Source: Flaccisagitta enflata (lineage: Eukaryota). From it: DNA of 64,000 nucleotides. Below the pieces are notes generated by a model. That model was not told where the DNA came from and searched no databases. It saw only the letters and a list, made by a program, of their open reading frames with translations. Positions 1-14,881 of this stretch are shown piece after piece (positions within the stretch are counted from its first letter, which is position 1; every line of letters begins with the position of its first letter). The stretch spans positions 8,184,001-8,248,000 of the forward strand of contig OZ231126.1 of the NCBI GenBank assembly GCA_965153355.1, written 5' to 3'. Made by a program: the position numbers and the translations under genes.

Positions 1-222
1 AGGCTGACTGATCGAGTATATCTGGCGCAATCGATTTGGGCCCACAGTCTGCAACATTTGTCCTCCGTTTCCCTTATCTACCCACAGCTGCCCACATTTG
101 CCGCCAGTTACCCACAGTTTCCCACAGTTGGTGATATCGCCGTTATATTTTTCCCCTGAAATGTAACGACTTTTGTGAGCCTTTTTCGGAAAAAGAGGCA
201 AAAACTGATGCCGCTTTGTTTG

Positions 223-305
<83 letters not shown>

Positions 306-366
306 CTCTTTCTCTCTTTCTTTCTCTTTCCCACCCCCGTCATTAGCGGGCATTGCATTCCTGCAT

Positions 367-473
<107 letters not shown>

Positions 474-734
474 GAGGTTAACATGTGTTTCTCCTTAAAA
501 TTCGTTGAAGGGAAAAGCGAATGATTTTCATCGGCAGCCATCTTGTTTTCTCAGACTGATTAAAAGAATTTCTAAAAAATAAAAAAAAAGAATAAATAAA
601 GAAGATTAGAAAAAGGTCCAGCTCCAGCCTGTCTGTCTTGGCTTTCTTTTTTTTGTTTCCCGCTTTTTTTTCCCTGTTGTTAAATTCTGATGAGCCGGGT
701 CCTAACATCTAGAAAGGTTACGACGTTCTTGCTT

Positions 735-1250
735 TGTGTGTCTTGTATCTTGTGTCTTGTGTTTTGTATCTTGTATCTTGTATCTTGTATCTTGTATCTT
801 GTATCTTGTATCTTGTGACTTGTATCTTGTATCTTGTGTATTGTGTCCAGAGAGATTCAGACGTTCTTGCTTCATGTGTCTTGTGCCTTGTGCCTTGTGC
901 CTTGTGTCTTGTGTCTTGTGTCATGTGTCATATGTCTTGTGTCTTGTATCTTGTGTCTTGTGTCCTGTGTCGTGTGTCTTGTTTCCTGTGTCTAGTGTCT
1001 TGTGTTTAGAGAGGTTACATCGTTCTTGCTTTTTGTTACTTGTGTTTTACATCTTGCTTCTTGTGTCTTGTCTTGTGTCTTTTTTTTTTTGTCTTTTGTC
1101 TTGTGTCTAGAGAGGTCACGATGTTCTTGCTTCAAGTTCCTTGTGTTTTGTATCATGTGTCTTATGCCAGGTGTCTTGAGAGTTGAGTCTTGTGCCTTGT
1201 GTCTTTTGTCAGGTGTCTTGTGTCTTCTGGCCTTTGTCTCGTGTCTGTTT
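735..1250. repeat. 7-bp (TCTTGTR)n degenerate minisatellite
   Basis: tcttgta/tcttgtg units interrupted by recurrent agagag..cgttcttgct spacers. Confidence 0.9.
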
Positions 1251-1301
1251 GTCTCTCTTTCTTCGTTTCTGTCCACTTGCCCATTTGTCTGTCTGACATG
1301 A

Positions 1302-1380
<79 letters not shown>

Positions 1381-1510
1381 CTCTGCTCGCTCATTTCTGT
1401 TCGCTCGCTCGTTGAAATGCGCGAGCTGTCGAAAGATTTGGATGTTGATCTGCGATGGTTATCTTAAATCACGTGACTACACTCGCGCCTTTTCCTATTT
1501 CCTCTTAACC

Positions 1511-1606
<96 letters not shown>

Positions 1607-1829
1607 GAGAGCGTGTATATGTGTGTATTGAGTACAAACCGAATAGGAAGATGCTTGTTGTTGTTTCATCAGAGAGTGTTATTAAGCGTATGGTCCGAGT
1701 TGTTTTTGTTTCCTCTTTACTGCGATTCCCTTTTATTTCTATTGCTCTTTTTTCTTTTTTCAACCATTCAGCGGCGGATACAGAAATATGCTCCAATCGC
1801 CTCAGGACTGTGAATTGAAAGAGGGAATA

Positions 1830-2022
<193 letters not shown>

Positions 2023-2042
2023 AGAGAAAGAGAAAGAGAAAG

Positions 2043-2089
<47 letters not shown>

Positions 2090-2196
2090 AAAAGAAAAAG
2101 AGAAGAGAGAGAGAGAGAGACAAAGAAGAAGAAAGACTAAGAGAAGGAAGAAACTAAGATGAGAAGACTAAGAAAGAAAGAGAAACTAAGAAAGAA

Positions 2197-2369
2197 AAAC
2201 AAGGCCGGATACACGGCCAATACCAGTCGCGGACGGGTGGGCAGGGGCGGAAATGCGCGTTTTCGCACTCTCTCAACTCGATCACCACGGACCAACCGAC
2301 CAACCAACCAACCGACGGACGGACGGACGGACAAAGCCTCTTATAGAGTCGCTAGTCCGCGACTAAAAA
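2197..2369 (-). mobile_element. DINE-1/HINE-like non-autonomous Helentron-associated element
   Basis: On - strand: TTTTT-AGTCGCGGAC-TA-GCGACT 5' hairpin, (GTCC/GTTG)n tract, 3' subTIR GTCCGCGACT, 3' hairpin GGCCG-TGTATC-CGGCC, end TTGTTT; no TSD. Confidence 0.75.
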
Positions 2370-2691
2370 GCTAAGAAAGAAAGAAACTAAGAAGGCGAAA
2401 AACAAAAACAGAAAGAAAAAAAAAAGTAAAAAAAGAAGAAACTAAAAAAGAAACTCAGAAAGAAAGAAACTATAACTAAGAAAGGAAGAAACTAAGAAAG
2501 GAAGCAACTAAGAAAGAAAGAAATTAAAAAATAAGAAACTAAGATAGAAAGAAACTCATAAAGAAAGAAACCAGGAATGGAAAGAATAGGGTAAGAGAGG
2601 AAAAAGAACAATTTTGGCAGACGAAATGGTTAAAAGAACTCATCAGAACCTCTTCCTTTTTCTGAACCTAACCTGATTTAGGATCACCTCT

Positions 2692-3416
2692 ACACCTCAC
2701 CTCACCTCACCTCACCTCACCTCACCTCCACACCAGCCATGCCACACCACACCACACCACACCACACCACACCTCACCTCATCTCACCTCCATACCAGCC
2801 TTGCCACACCACACCACACCACACCACACCACACCACACCACACCACACCACACCTCACCTCACCTCACCTCATCTTACCTCCACACCAGCCTTGCCACA
2901 CCACACCACACCACACCACACCACACCACACCACACCTCACCTCACCTCATCTCACCTCACCTCCACCAGCCTTGCCACACACACACCACACCACCCCAC
3001 CACTACACACACCTCACCTCACCTCACCAGTGCCACACCACACCACACCACACCTCACCTCACCTCACCTCCACACCAGCCTTGCCACACCACACCTCAC
3101 CACACCACACCACACCACACCTCACCTCATCTCAGTATCAAAATAGCCAAACCACACCACACCACACCACACCACACCACACCTCACCTCACCTCCACAC
3201 CAGCCATGCCACACCACACCACACCACACCACACCACACCACACCACACCACACCACACCTCACCTCACCTCCACACCAGCCTTGCCACACCACACCACA
3301 CCTCCACAACTCACCTCACCTCACCTCCACACCACACCATACCACAACTCACCTCACCTCACCTCCACACCACACCATACCACAACTCACCTCACCTCAC
3401 CTCCACACCAGCCTTG
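2692..3416. repeat. (CACAC/CACCT)n pentamer array with ccagccttgc spacers
   Basis: Direct reading. Confidence 0.9.
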
Positions 3417-4609
3417 ATAGTTGCTCATCGATGACTTTCCCCCTGAAAAAAATCGTGGCAATTAATCAGCCATCTCTTCAATTAGCTCTTGACTACAAAA
3501 ATAGAAAACAAAAAACAAAATACTAACAAAAAAAAAATAAAAAAAAACAAAACAAAACAATCAAACAAGCCAAGAAAAACAAAAACAAACAAAGACATCC
3601 TGGGCTTGTGTGACCCCTGGATCCTCCCCAACCTTGGACTGTAAACCTAAGACCCACCCTCGGATCTAGACTGAGACTGATACCCCACCTGACCCCTCCA
3701 TCTGACACCAATTGACCTTCCCCACCTGACCCCTACACCTGACCCCTCCACCTCAGACTTCCACCTGACAACTCCATCTAACACTTTCACCTGACGCCTT
3801 TTGCCATCTTGTCGACCCATCCTCGACCCATCCTCGACACCACCCTCGCCTCGATCCTACCCCTAAATCTTTACCCATCCACACTGACTTGTGGTCCCAC
3901 CCTCGAATGCATCCTAGGCCTCGCTCTTGGCCCTGCCTTTGGCCCTGCCTTTGGCCCTGCCCTTGGCCTTAAATTCGACCCTGCTGGCGGCCCTGCCCTG
4001 GTCCTGCTTTCAGCCCTATCCTGGTCCTGCTTTCAGGCCCTTCCCTTGGCCCTTTTCTTTGGCTCTGCCCTTTGTCCTTTCCCTCGACCATCCTTTCAGT
4101 CCTACCCTCGGCCCTCGCGGCCCTGGTGGGGTGGGGCCAAGGCCTCGGCCCCACCCCACCACTAAACCCCCCTTCTTTTTTTTTCTTTTGCAAAATGCTT
4201 CGCGGATGATAATAATAAATCGGGGTCATTTTTAGGGTCTGTTTTTGGTTTTGCTTGGATTACACACACAAGTCATAAAAAATGATAACCAACTGACCGA
4301 CCGGCCTTCATTCAAAATTCATAATCGACGGTCAAAAACGACAAACTTAACGAGACGTTTTTACCGTCAGTCATGTTTAACGAGTCGCATTCAGAACAGT
4401 CGAGGGGGGGGTAGGGTAAGGGAAAGTGGTTGGGAATGGGGGGGAAGAGGAAGGAAAAAAAAGAAGGTCACCGTGAAAGGAATGTGGTTGAGACTCTCTC
4501 TTGGGAGTGTAAGTGGTGCAGAAGTTCGAAAAAAAAGTGAGAGCGAGGTAAAAAGAAAAAAAAAAGAAAAAAGAAGAGAGTGAAAAGGAAAGAAGAAAAA
4601 GTTGTGGGT

Positions 4610-4662
<53 letters not shown>

Positions 4663-4869
4663 AAAATGAGAAACTTTTGTTTGTCTTTTGTCAAATTTTC
4701 GGTTTTTCGCGGATTTCCGCAGATGTCAGCAGATGTCGCTAGGCGAGAGAAAGGGACAAAGAGAGACCGAAAAAGACAGAAAGACAAGCGGAGAGACAGA
4801 GATAGACAAAAAGAGATAGAGAGGGTCACGGAGGACGAGACAGTCAGTGACAGAATCATTCAGAAAGAC

Positions 4870-5137
4870 GGACAGAATGTGAGACAGAGTGTGAGACAGA
4901 GTAAAAGACAGAATGTGAGACAGAATGTGGAACAGAAAGTGAGGCAGAGTGTGAGACAGAGTGCGAGACAGAGAGTGTGAGACAGAATGTGAGACAGAAT
5001 GTGAGACAGAATGTGAGACAGAGTGTGAGACAGAGTGTGAGACAGAGTGTTTGACAGAGAATGCGAGACAGAGAGTGTGAGACAGAGCGTGTGACAGAGA
5101 GTGTGACAGTGTGAGAGAGAGTGTGAGACAGAATGTG
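4870..5137. repeat. 12-bp (GAGACAGARTGT)n
   Basis: Direct reading. Confidence 0.85.
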
Positions 5138-5212
5138 GCCAATGTCACAAGGCGAGAATGAAAAAAAAAGTTTTTGCACAAGGGAAAGAACCCCGGGAAT
5201 GTTAATGATGTA

Positions 5213-5320
<108 letters not shown>

Positions 5321-5346
5321 AGAGAAAGAAAAAGAGAGTGAGAGAG

Positions 5347-5377
<31 letters not shown>

Positions 5378-5381
5378 GAGA

Positions 5382-5476
<95 letters not shown>

Positions 5477-5573
5477 AGAATCTCTTTCCCGGCAGATTAA
5501 AAGAGGTTTCTAAGACCAGATCAAACACACAAGTCTGCGTGTTGGCAAAACTAACATCTCTCGCGAACCTTCT

Positions 5574-5656
<83 letters not shown>

Positions 5657-5933
5657 CTTTTTTGTGGTGTTTGCCTTTTGTTTGCTCTCAGATGTTTAAT
5701 CATTTACTCCGGCAGAGTGAGCCACGTTTTCCCCGTTACGACCGCGACAGACGATACGGGCCACGATGCTCGCTTATTGTTTGCTCATATTGATGTTGTT
5801 GGTTAAAGAAAAATAGCTTAAAAACAGTTTGATAAAAGAAATCAAAAAATAAAAAAGAATGAAAGACATAAGTAAAACGCCGCCTTCTTTGTGTGTGCGG
5901 ATTTAGTCGTTCTTTCTTGAACTCTTGCCCAAG

Positions 5934-6037
<104 letters not shown>

Positions 6038-6192
6038 CTGCCCTATGCGCGGCTTCTCTGGGCCAAGGTTTAATTGATTGTTTGAGGAAATACGCAAAAG
6101 GGGATAAATACGATTGTATTTAAATAAGGCGGAAGCTTAAACAAATTAAATTCATTATTTGGATCTCCTCTTTAATCTCACTTTCCCTGCAA

Positions 6193-6301
<109 letters not shown>

Positions 6302-6421
6302 TACGTCGTTGCGTACAATGTTTTAGTTGGAAAGTTTTCTCTGTCAAGATTTTTGTAGAAATCTTTTAATTTTTTCTCTCTCAATCTTTGCCTTCTTTTG
6401 ACATATAAAAGAAAGGAAAGG

Positions 6422-6701
6422 AAACAAGTGACGCGGGGTCACAATATCGTTGCGGACGGGTGTGCAGGGGCAGCCAACCCCCATCCACACCCAACACCCC
6501 ACCCAACACCCTTTTCAACACAGACACATACTCAAAAAGTTTCCAAACGCTCGTTTTTCCACTTTCCGACTCGTGCTCACGTACCAATGGAGGGACGGAC
6601 AGATGGAAGGACGGATGGACGGACGGAGGGAGGGACGGATGGAGGGACGGACGGACGGATGGACAAAGCCTTTGATAGAGTTGCGTGTCCGCAACTAAAA
6701 A
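6422..6701 (-). mobile_element. HINE-like element, AGTTGCGGAC subfamily
   Basis: On + : aaacaa-gtgac-gcggg-gtcac hairpin, gttgcggacggg subTIR, (ggac/ggat)n, end agttgcgtgtccgcaactaaaaa. Confidence 0.7.
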
Positions 6702-6784
6702 GACTAAATTGATTTGGTGCGTGTTTCTGCTGAATCATATTTCTCTATTTTTGGTGACGAAATAGATTTGGTGCTTGTTTTAAC

Positions 6785-6888
<104 letters not shown>

Positions 6889-7297
6889 GACAAGATTGAA
6901 ACAAGACCGCGGTCATAGAATAGAGAATTAAGAAGCAGAATAGTTCAGAGCCGAAAGGTCATCAGGAGTACACCAAAGCAGGTTGGGATTGGGGGGAATG
7001 GCGTGGGGGTGATATACGAGGGGGGGTGTTGATGGACGGGGTGGGGGGGTGATGGACGGGGTGGGTGGGCTGCGGATTCCTCAATTATGATTAGGTTGAT
7101 GAACGGGGTGAGATGGAGGAGAGGGTGATGACGAGGGACAGTCTACAATGTATGGGTGGGGATGGGGATGGGGATGATGAGTGGGGGTGGGGATGATGAG
7201 TGGGGATGGGGATGAGGGGTGGGGGTGGGGATGGGGATGATGGGTGGGGATGGGGATGGGGACGATTGGTGGGGGTAGGGATGATGGTTAAGCACTA

Positions 7298-7851
7298 CAG
7301 GGTCTTCAATCTCATTTGACACAAAAAGAACCTATGCTGTGCAAAAACAAATCAACCTTTCAATTTGATTTTTTTTTCTCCTAAAAGAACTACATATGAC
7401 GTTTTTTGTCTCCAAATTTCATAGTACTGGTTTAATTAGTTTAGGAGATAACCCATTTTAAAGTGTAAGATGCCATAGTGAGATGGGAGGTTTTGCTGAC
7501 TTTGTGGTTCTAACCTTTCATCTTTAAACTGTTTTCATTTCTAAATGCTTTGAGCTACAAATGTGAGATTGGTCTAGAATGGCAGATAATTTCATCTAGT
7601 TTTTGTATCTGAAAAAAAAAAACAATTCTTTGAAATTTCATCATGATCAACCATTTTTCTTTTTATTGGAAAAAAACAATCTTTGAATAAGTTTCCATAA
7701 GATTTTTGTAAAAATTGTAATAGTATTTGCCTAAAGTTCACTGTTCTGTGATAAAACCTGGCTATTTCTATTATTGGGGTCTATAGTTCATAGTCATATA
7801 GTTTAAGCACAATAAAGGTTCCTTTCGTGTCAAATGAGATTGAATGCCCTG
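7298..7851. mobile_element. Tc1/mariner-type MITE (554 bp)
   Basis: TA-CAGGGTCTTCAATCTCATTTGACACAAAAAGAACC ... GGTTCCTTTCGTGTCAAATGAGATTGAATGCCCTG-TA; TA duplication; no transposase ORF. Confidence 0.85.
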
Positions 7852-8370
7852 TAAGTTGGATGGACGAAATGGGGTGGGTTGAGAATTGCTTGTGATGACG
7901 AGTGAGCGGCAGTATAGGACGACTTGGGGATTTGGCAGGGTGATGGTTTCAGCAAGGATAAAGACAAGGTAAAATCAATGATGACGGACATGATATAATC
8001 AATCGTGTTTGACATTGAACAACTCCAAAACAGAGGTGGTGGACAAGGTCATAGAAAAAACGAATCAGTAAATATCAGAGGTAAATGAAACATTTTTGAG
8101 TCCGCACTCAAGATGTTTTAGTTTAGGAAAAAAAAGAAGATAGTTCGTTGAAGTTCTAAGAAGGAAAAAAAGTAGTATCTGATATTTTAGATTGAGTAAT
8201 ATATCGACATGAGGAAGTGATGGTTGATGTCACACTATTCAGTCAATCTCAGGCTCAGAGGTCATTTTATCCTTTCCTCATTTTTACTCACCTAAAAAGG
8301 ATATTGAAACACTCCCTCTGTCACAATCGGTCTGTCTGTCTCGGTCTGTCTCTGTCTCTCTGTCTCTCCC

Positions 8371-8491
<121 letters not shown>

Positions 8492-8956
8492 GGTCTCCAT
8501 AGACTTCAGTTTTTTTTCTCCTGTCACGCTTAAGAAACTCAATAAGAAGAATGTCCTTTTTTTTTTAACATAAAAAAAGAGATAGATGAAAATAGTAGTA
8601 AAAAAAAAAGATGACCGGCTGTCGTGCATTTTATAACGCCCTTGTGGGACCAGTTGCTGACCTCTTCCGTGCCTATTGAACCTGCCAATTTCTTTTACTC
8701 TCTCTCTCACAAAACAAGTCATTTTCTCCTCTCTTCATGTCTCTCTGTCTGACACCACGTTGTCTATCATTGTCCGTTGGTGTTTCTGTCTGTCTCTTAG
8801 TCTTTGAATCTGAATGTCTGTGAGTATGTGATTTTTTCTGTCACTATCTCTCTCCATTTTTCGATCTATGTCTCTTTTCTCTCTCTTTTCGCTCTGTCTC
8901 TCTGTTTCTCTGTCTCTCTGTTTCTCTGTCTCTCTGTTTCTCTGTCGCTGTCTCTG

Positions 8957-9086
<130 letters not shown>

Positions 9087-9331
9087 ATACTTTCTTTTTC
9101 CATATATTTTTCTTATGCTCAATTTAATTCAATTCATTGCGGCAGTGTTATTCTTTCCTTATTCTCTCCCTTATTGCCAATAAGTTTCCAGCTTTAAAGC
9201 ATATCGCGGTCTTCCTAGGTCTTCCCTTCACTTTGTTTTAGACTTCACTCATTCTCCTTCATTTAACTGAAGAAAAACAAGGCACTGACATGTACAGGCT
9301 TTTATCACGCAAAGTGACTCTGTAACAGACG

Positions 9332-9484
9332 TTTTTAGTCGCGTGCACGCAACTCTATGACCCACTCTGTCCGTCTGTCGGTCGGTCGGTCCGTCTGTTG
9401 GTCGGTCCCACTTAGCTTTTTCAGCTTTTTCGCCGCGCCTGCCCACCCGCACGCGACTTTGGCTCGTGTATACGGCCTTGTTTT
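9332..9484 (+). mobile_element. HINE-like element
   Basis: tttttagtcgcgtgcacgcaact ... (gtcg)n ... cccgcacgcgact ... gtgtatacggccttgtttt. Confidence 0.75.
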
Positions 9485-9995
9485 ATGTGAAGTTACCTAT
9501 TTTATTATTTTGAATGATTTTGAAAGATTTTAAATTACAAATAAATGATTGTCATGATTTTCAATTGTGAAAACTTTTACAAAGTGTCTTTTTAGAAAAA
9601 ATGTATATTCAAATAGCAAATTAAAAAAAAATTGTACCTATTTTAAGCATTCCACATTTTTTCACTTTCCGTGAAATGAGCCTACACTATATGTACCTAA
9701 TCTTTTCTTAGTAATAAGTTACAGACTTTTAAAAAAATTAGGAGAAACCATCAAAATCAAAAAAAAAAAAAAAAAAAAAAGAAAAAAAGAAATCTCGGAC
9801 CTTCTGAACTACCCACCTGCCAGTACCTTCCTACCTACCTACCTATCAACCCACCTACGGACTTATCCTCTTTTAAAGAAACGAGGACGCGTCTGATAAT
9901 AATATTCATGCTTTTCCATCTCTGTCACGGTAAAATATTTTCTTCAAAAATTTCATCCTGTAAAAGCGAAGTGGTCGAAATTCTTGGGTTTTCTC

Positions 9996-10166
9996 TTTCA
10001 GTCGCAGACTCAGGACTCTATACGATATTTTGTCCATCCGTCGGTATCCGTCCGTCTGTAACCTACATGTAACGTAACGTCTAAAGATGCGCTCTTCCGC
10101 CCCTGCCCCTGCCCCTCTCCTCCCCCTTCCCCCACGTCCCTAACGATATTGTAACCCAGTGGTTTT
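9996..10166 (+). mobile_element. Degenerate HINE-like element
   Basis: tttcagtcgcagactcaggactctata, gtccatccgtcgg tract, gcccctgccc, cccacgtccctaacgatattgtaaccc; resembles the reverse complement of the 6422 copy. Confidence 0.5.
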
Positions 10167-10652
10167 TAATTCTAAACAAATGAATCTTTATCTTCTTATC
10201 ATCTTTAATTTGTCTTTTTTTTATTCCCCGTCTTTATGTTCTTATCATCTTTAATTTTTTTATTTTAATTCCTCGTCTTTATTTTCATTTCATGTTTATT
10301 TTCGGCGAGATGTAATTTTATGTAAGATTGATAAGCAATTGATCCTCGTCGAGGGAAAAGAACGGATGCAGATGTTCAAAAAAGGCTCTAAGACCTTTTT
10401 TTTTGTTTTGTTTTTTTTTTTAATTCTTTGAAAAAAAAAGATCATACTTATTAGGTATCGTTTTTCTTCATGGCATTACTATATCTCGGCCTCGTCTTGT
10501 CTTCCGCTTTCTTATCATATTTGGTGTAACAGAATGATATTACACTTAATATATCTACCATTAGAACCTGTTGCAGTTAGCGGTATAAAGAATCTTTAAA
10601 GATGGTGGTATCAGGTGTGTAAAGGGGCAATAATTTCAGTAGTAATGATGGT

Positions 10653-10752
<100 letters not shown>

Positions 10753-10867
10753 CCATTTTCGTGTTTTTTTGCCTTTTTTTTCGAGCACCAAAAATTTTCT
10801 AATTTAGGAGAGTAAATGCCGCTAAGGAAATGAAGCAGACTTAAAAAAAGTGTAACAAAGAATGCAC

Positions 10868-10910
<43 letters not shown>

Positions 10911-11146
10911 CAGTCAGGTTTTATGTCAATCAGTATCCAAAAGTAAAGCTGCATGGTTGGATAGGTGTATGGAGATAGTCTACACACTTTACAGAGTACA
11001 TCCCCCCCCCCACAAAGACACACACACCCTAAAGACATTTAGATCAAGTGCGGAGGAGCTTTTAAACAAGCTCCCCTAAGTCTTAGAAGGTGTCCCGCGG
11101 TTTTCTTACTTTCCTCATCATTGAGAATCAGTTGAAAACAGGGTGA

Positions 11147-11239
<93 letters not shown>

Positions 11240-11657
11240 TGTGTGTGTGTAATTTTTCAGGTGGTTAGGATGGATTTGAAGAGGTAGATTTTTATCTTCT
11301 GTGTACCATCTTTAGTGGGTGGTCAGTGTAAAGATCTTAGTTGGTGATTTCAGTGATTGGTCAGGAAATACTTCAGTGGGTAAACTGGGACGATTACAGG
11401 ACATTTAAGTGGGTGGTCAAAAATGATTTAAATAGATGGTGAGGATGTGTCTGTCTAGGAAATGAGGAAATGTCTGTCTGGGTGGTCAGGAAATACCTGG
11501 TTGGGTGGTCAGGAAAGGATGAAATTGTTGGTTCATCGGCCACCATCAGAGCTTTAGGAGATGAAAGAATGTGAGAGAGTCTCTTCTGGTAAAGTGTCTC
11601 AGACTTGAATTTGAAAAAAAAGTATAAGTGGCCGAAAGTGGGTCTTGACAATGACTG

Positions 11658-11732
<75 letters not shown>

Positions 11733-11831
11733 AGAGAAAGAGAGACAGACAGAGAGAGAGAGATATACAGACAGAATGGTAGTGAGATTCATTGATTTGG
11801 AGCAAGACCAGACATCTAAAAGCAGTTGGGC

Positions 11832-11886
<55 letters not shown>

Positions 11887-12529
11887 TGAAAGGGAGAGAG
11901 CTCTCAAGATGAAGGATTATGTCGAGTGTTGGTGATTGGTGAAGGTGATTCCCCAAGGATCCTGAAAAAAAGTCAAAAAAAGTGAAGCAATAAGAAGAAA
12001 AAAAAAAGAAAAAAAAAAGAGCAACAGCATAAGAGGTTAACAACAGTAAAACAGTAAGCCGACGGACCGACGGACCGACGGACTGATACAGCAAAATAAA
12101 AAGTCGCGTGCCTAAGAATGAAGAAAAAGAAAGGCAGGTGGAGTGAAGGATTTAGCTTCTCAATTACCTCTTTAATTTCTTGATTGTTTCTTCACTTCCT
12201 TTTTCTAATTAATGATTACACACATATTGTCTGTCTCTGTTTCTGTCTCTTGTTTCTTTTTCTTATTACATATCGTCTGTCTCTGCTCCTGTATCTCTAT
12301 TTCTGTCTTAACTTTCTCAATCAGATGAATTTGTACTTTTATCTGATATCCATCTTTGTCTTTGTTTGTCTCTCTGCTGGTGGCTTCTGTCCCACTCTGT
12401 TTCTGTCGTTCTTTCTATCTTCATTTCCGATAGCACACAGCCATCGATTCAATCGATCACACCCACCTGATCTTCTATTCTATTTTTTACTATCTCTGTC
12501 TCTGTCTTTGTCTCTGTTTCTGTCTCAGC

Positions 12530-13599
12530 TCAGTCTTGGCTCTCTTTTACTACTAATTGGTAATTACGCTTAATGTCTCTTCAGAGTCTCTTCATCTCTT
12601 GTTCTGTCATTGTCTGTCTCGGTTTCTGTCTTAGTCTTGGCTTTCTTTTATTACTGAATAATGTTTACACTTAATGTCTCTTCAGAGTCTCTTCATCTCT
12701 TGTTCTGTCATTGTCTGTCTCTGTTTCTGTCTTAGTCTTGGCTTTCTTTTATTACTGATTAATGATTACGCTTAATGTCTCTTCAGAGTCTCTTCGTCTC
12801 TTGTTCTGTCTTTGTCTGTCTCTGTTTCTGTCTTAGTCTTGGCTTTCTTTTACTACTGATTAATGATTACGCTTAATGTCCCTTCAGAGTCTCTTCATCT
12901 CTTGTTCTGTCATTGTCTGTCTCGGTTTCTGTCTTAGTCTTGGCATTCTTTTAGTACTGAATAATGTTTACACTAAATGTCTCTTCAGAGTCTCTTCGTC
13001 TCTTGTTCTGTCATTGTCTGTCTCGGTTTCTGTCTTAGTCTTGGCTTTCTTTTATTACTGAATAATGTTTACACTTAATGTCTCTTCAGAGTCTCTTTGT
13101 CTCTTGTTCTGTCATTGTCTGTCACTGTTTCTGTCTTAGTCTTGGCTTTCTTTTATTACTGAATAATGTTTACACTTAATGTCTCTTCAGAGTCTCTTCG
13201 TCTCTTGTTCTGTCATTGTCTGTCTCTGTTTCTGTCTTAGTCTTGGCTTTCTTTTATTACTGAATAATGTTTACACTTAATGTCTCTTCAGAGTCTCTTC
13301 GTCTCTTGTTCTGTCTTTGTCTGTCTCTGTTTCTGTCTTAGTCTTGGCTTTCTTTTATTACTGAATAATGTTTACACTTAATGTCCCTTCAGAGTCTCTT
13401 CGTCTCTTGTTCTGTCTTTGTCTGTCTCGGTTTCTGTCTTAGTCTTGGCTTTCTTATACTACTGATTAATGATTACGCTTAATGTCTCTTCAGAGTCTCT
13501 TCGTCTCTTGTTCTGTCTTTGTCTGTCTCTGTTGCTGTCTTAGTTTTGGCTTTCTTTTACTACTGATTAATGATTACGCTTAATGTCTCTTCAGAGTCT
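12530..13599. repeat. 101-bp tandem satellite, ~10.5 copies
   Basis: taatgtctcttcagagtctc recurs every 101 bp from 12571 to 13581. Confidence 0.95.
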
Positions 13600-13757
13600 G
13601 TTTTTTTCACAGTCTTCGCTCTTTCATCGTTTCTTCGTCCTTTCTTCACCTCGCCCACTTTTCTTTCTTCAGTTCAGTTGTCGTTTTGTTGTTTTTGTTG
13701 TTGTTGTTTTTGCTGTTTTTGTTGTTTTTGTTGTTTTTGTTGTTTTTGTTGTTGTTT

Positions 13758-13819
<62 letters not shown>

Positions 13820-13879
13820 AGTTTTTGTTGTTTTTTTTTATACTTTTTCTTGTTGTCTTTCTTGTTGTCTTTCTTGTTG

Positions 13880-13981
<102 letters not shown>

Positions 13982-14246
13982 CTCTCTCTGTTTCCCTCTT
14001 GTAAAACCATAGCCATGCAATGTCCTTCACGCTGAGATTACGTCTTTTACTCGAAATGACAGAATATTTGTGATATATCATTCCTAGAAGGATCATTGAT
14101 GACAGATGATGGTTCATGGTGGACGTCCGGCCGAAAAAAAAGGGGCCAAAAGGGCATTTTCACATCACAAAGCGACTTCCCAGAGCATCTAAACTACTTA
14201 AGCATGAAAGCAAAAAAAAAGAAAATAAAAGGCGGTGGTGTGTGTG

Positions 14247-14316
<70 letters not shown>

Positions 14317-14636
14317 GAGAGACAGAGAGAGAGAGACAGACACAGATAGACACAGATAGACACAGATAGACATACAGACACACAGACAAAGATATCAAGA
14401 ATGAACGGAAAAAAAAAAGAAGGAAGAAATTAAAGAGGGAAAGAATGAAAGAATGAAAAAAAAAAAGAAGAACAATATATATTGTGTTATTTTGTAAAAA
14501 ACAAAGAATAGAGAACAGAACAGAAAAAAGATGTTTTTTTTAAACTTTTTTGTTTGTGTTCATGTGAGGGATGAAAAGTTAGACAGCCGGTGATGGCGGC
14601 TGCACCAATCATTCTTATCCCTTTCCTTGCCTAAAT

Positions 14637-14881
14637 TTATTGGACGCTCTAACGCAAATCTATAAAACGCTGTTTTCATCCGTCTGTCGGCCCATTGCTT
14701 TGTTCTGTCTGTTTCAGTTTGAAATATCAATTAACAACCACAGCGAAATTTAGTTGAGTAAGTTGAAGAACCACAATAACAACAAGCACACTCAGTAAAG
14801 GCACAAACTTCGGAAATCTATGAACAAGAAGATAAAGATAACAATCTTTCCAATCCATATTCATACCGCGCTCTTGTTTTT
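14637..14881 (+). mobile_element. Possible highly degenerate HINE-like element
   Basis: T-rich start, ctataaaacg, catccgtctgtcggccc tract, end ctcttgttttt; stems eroded. Confidence 0.3.
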
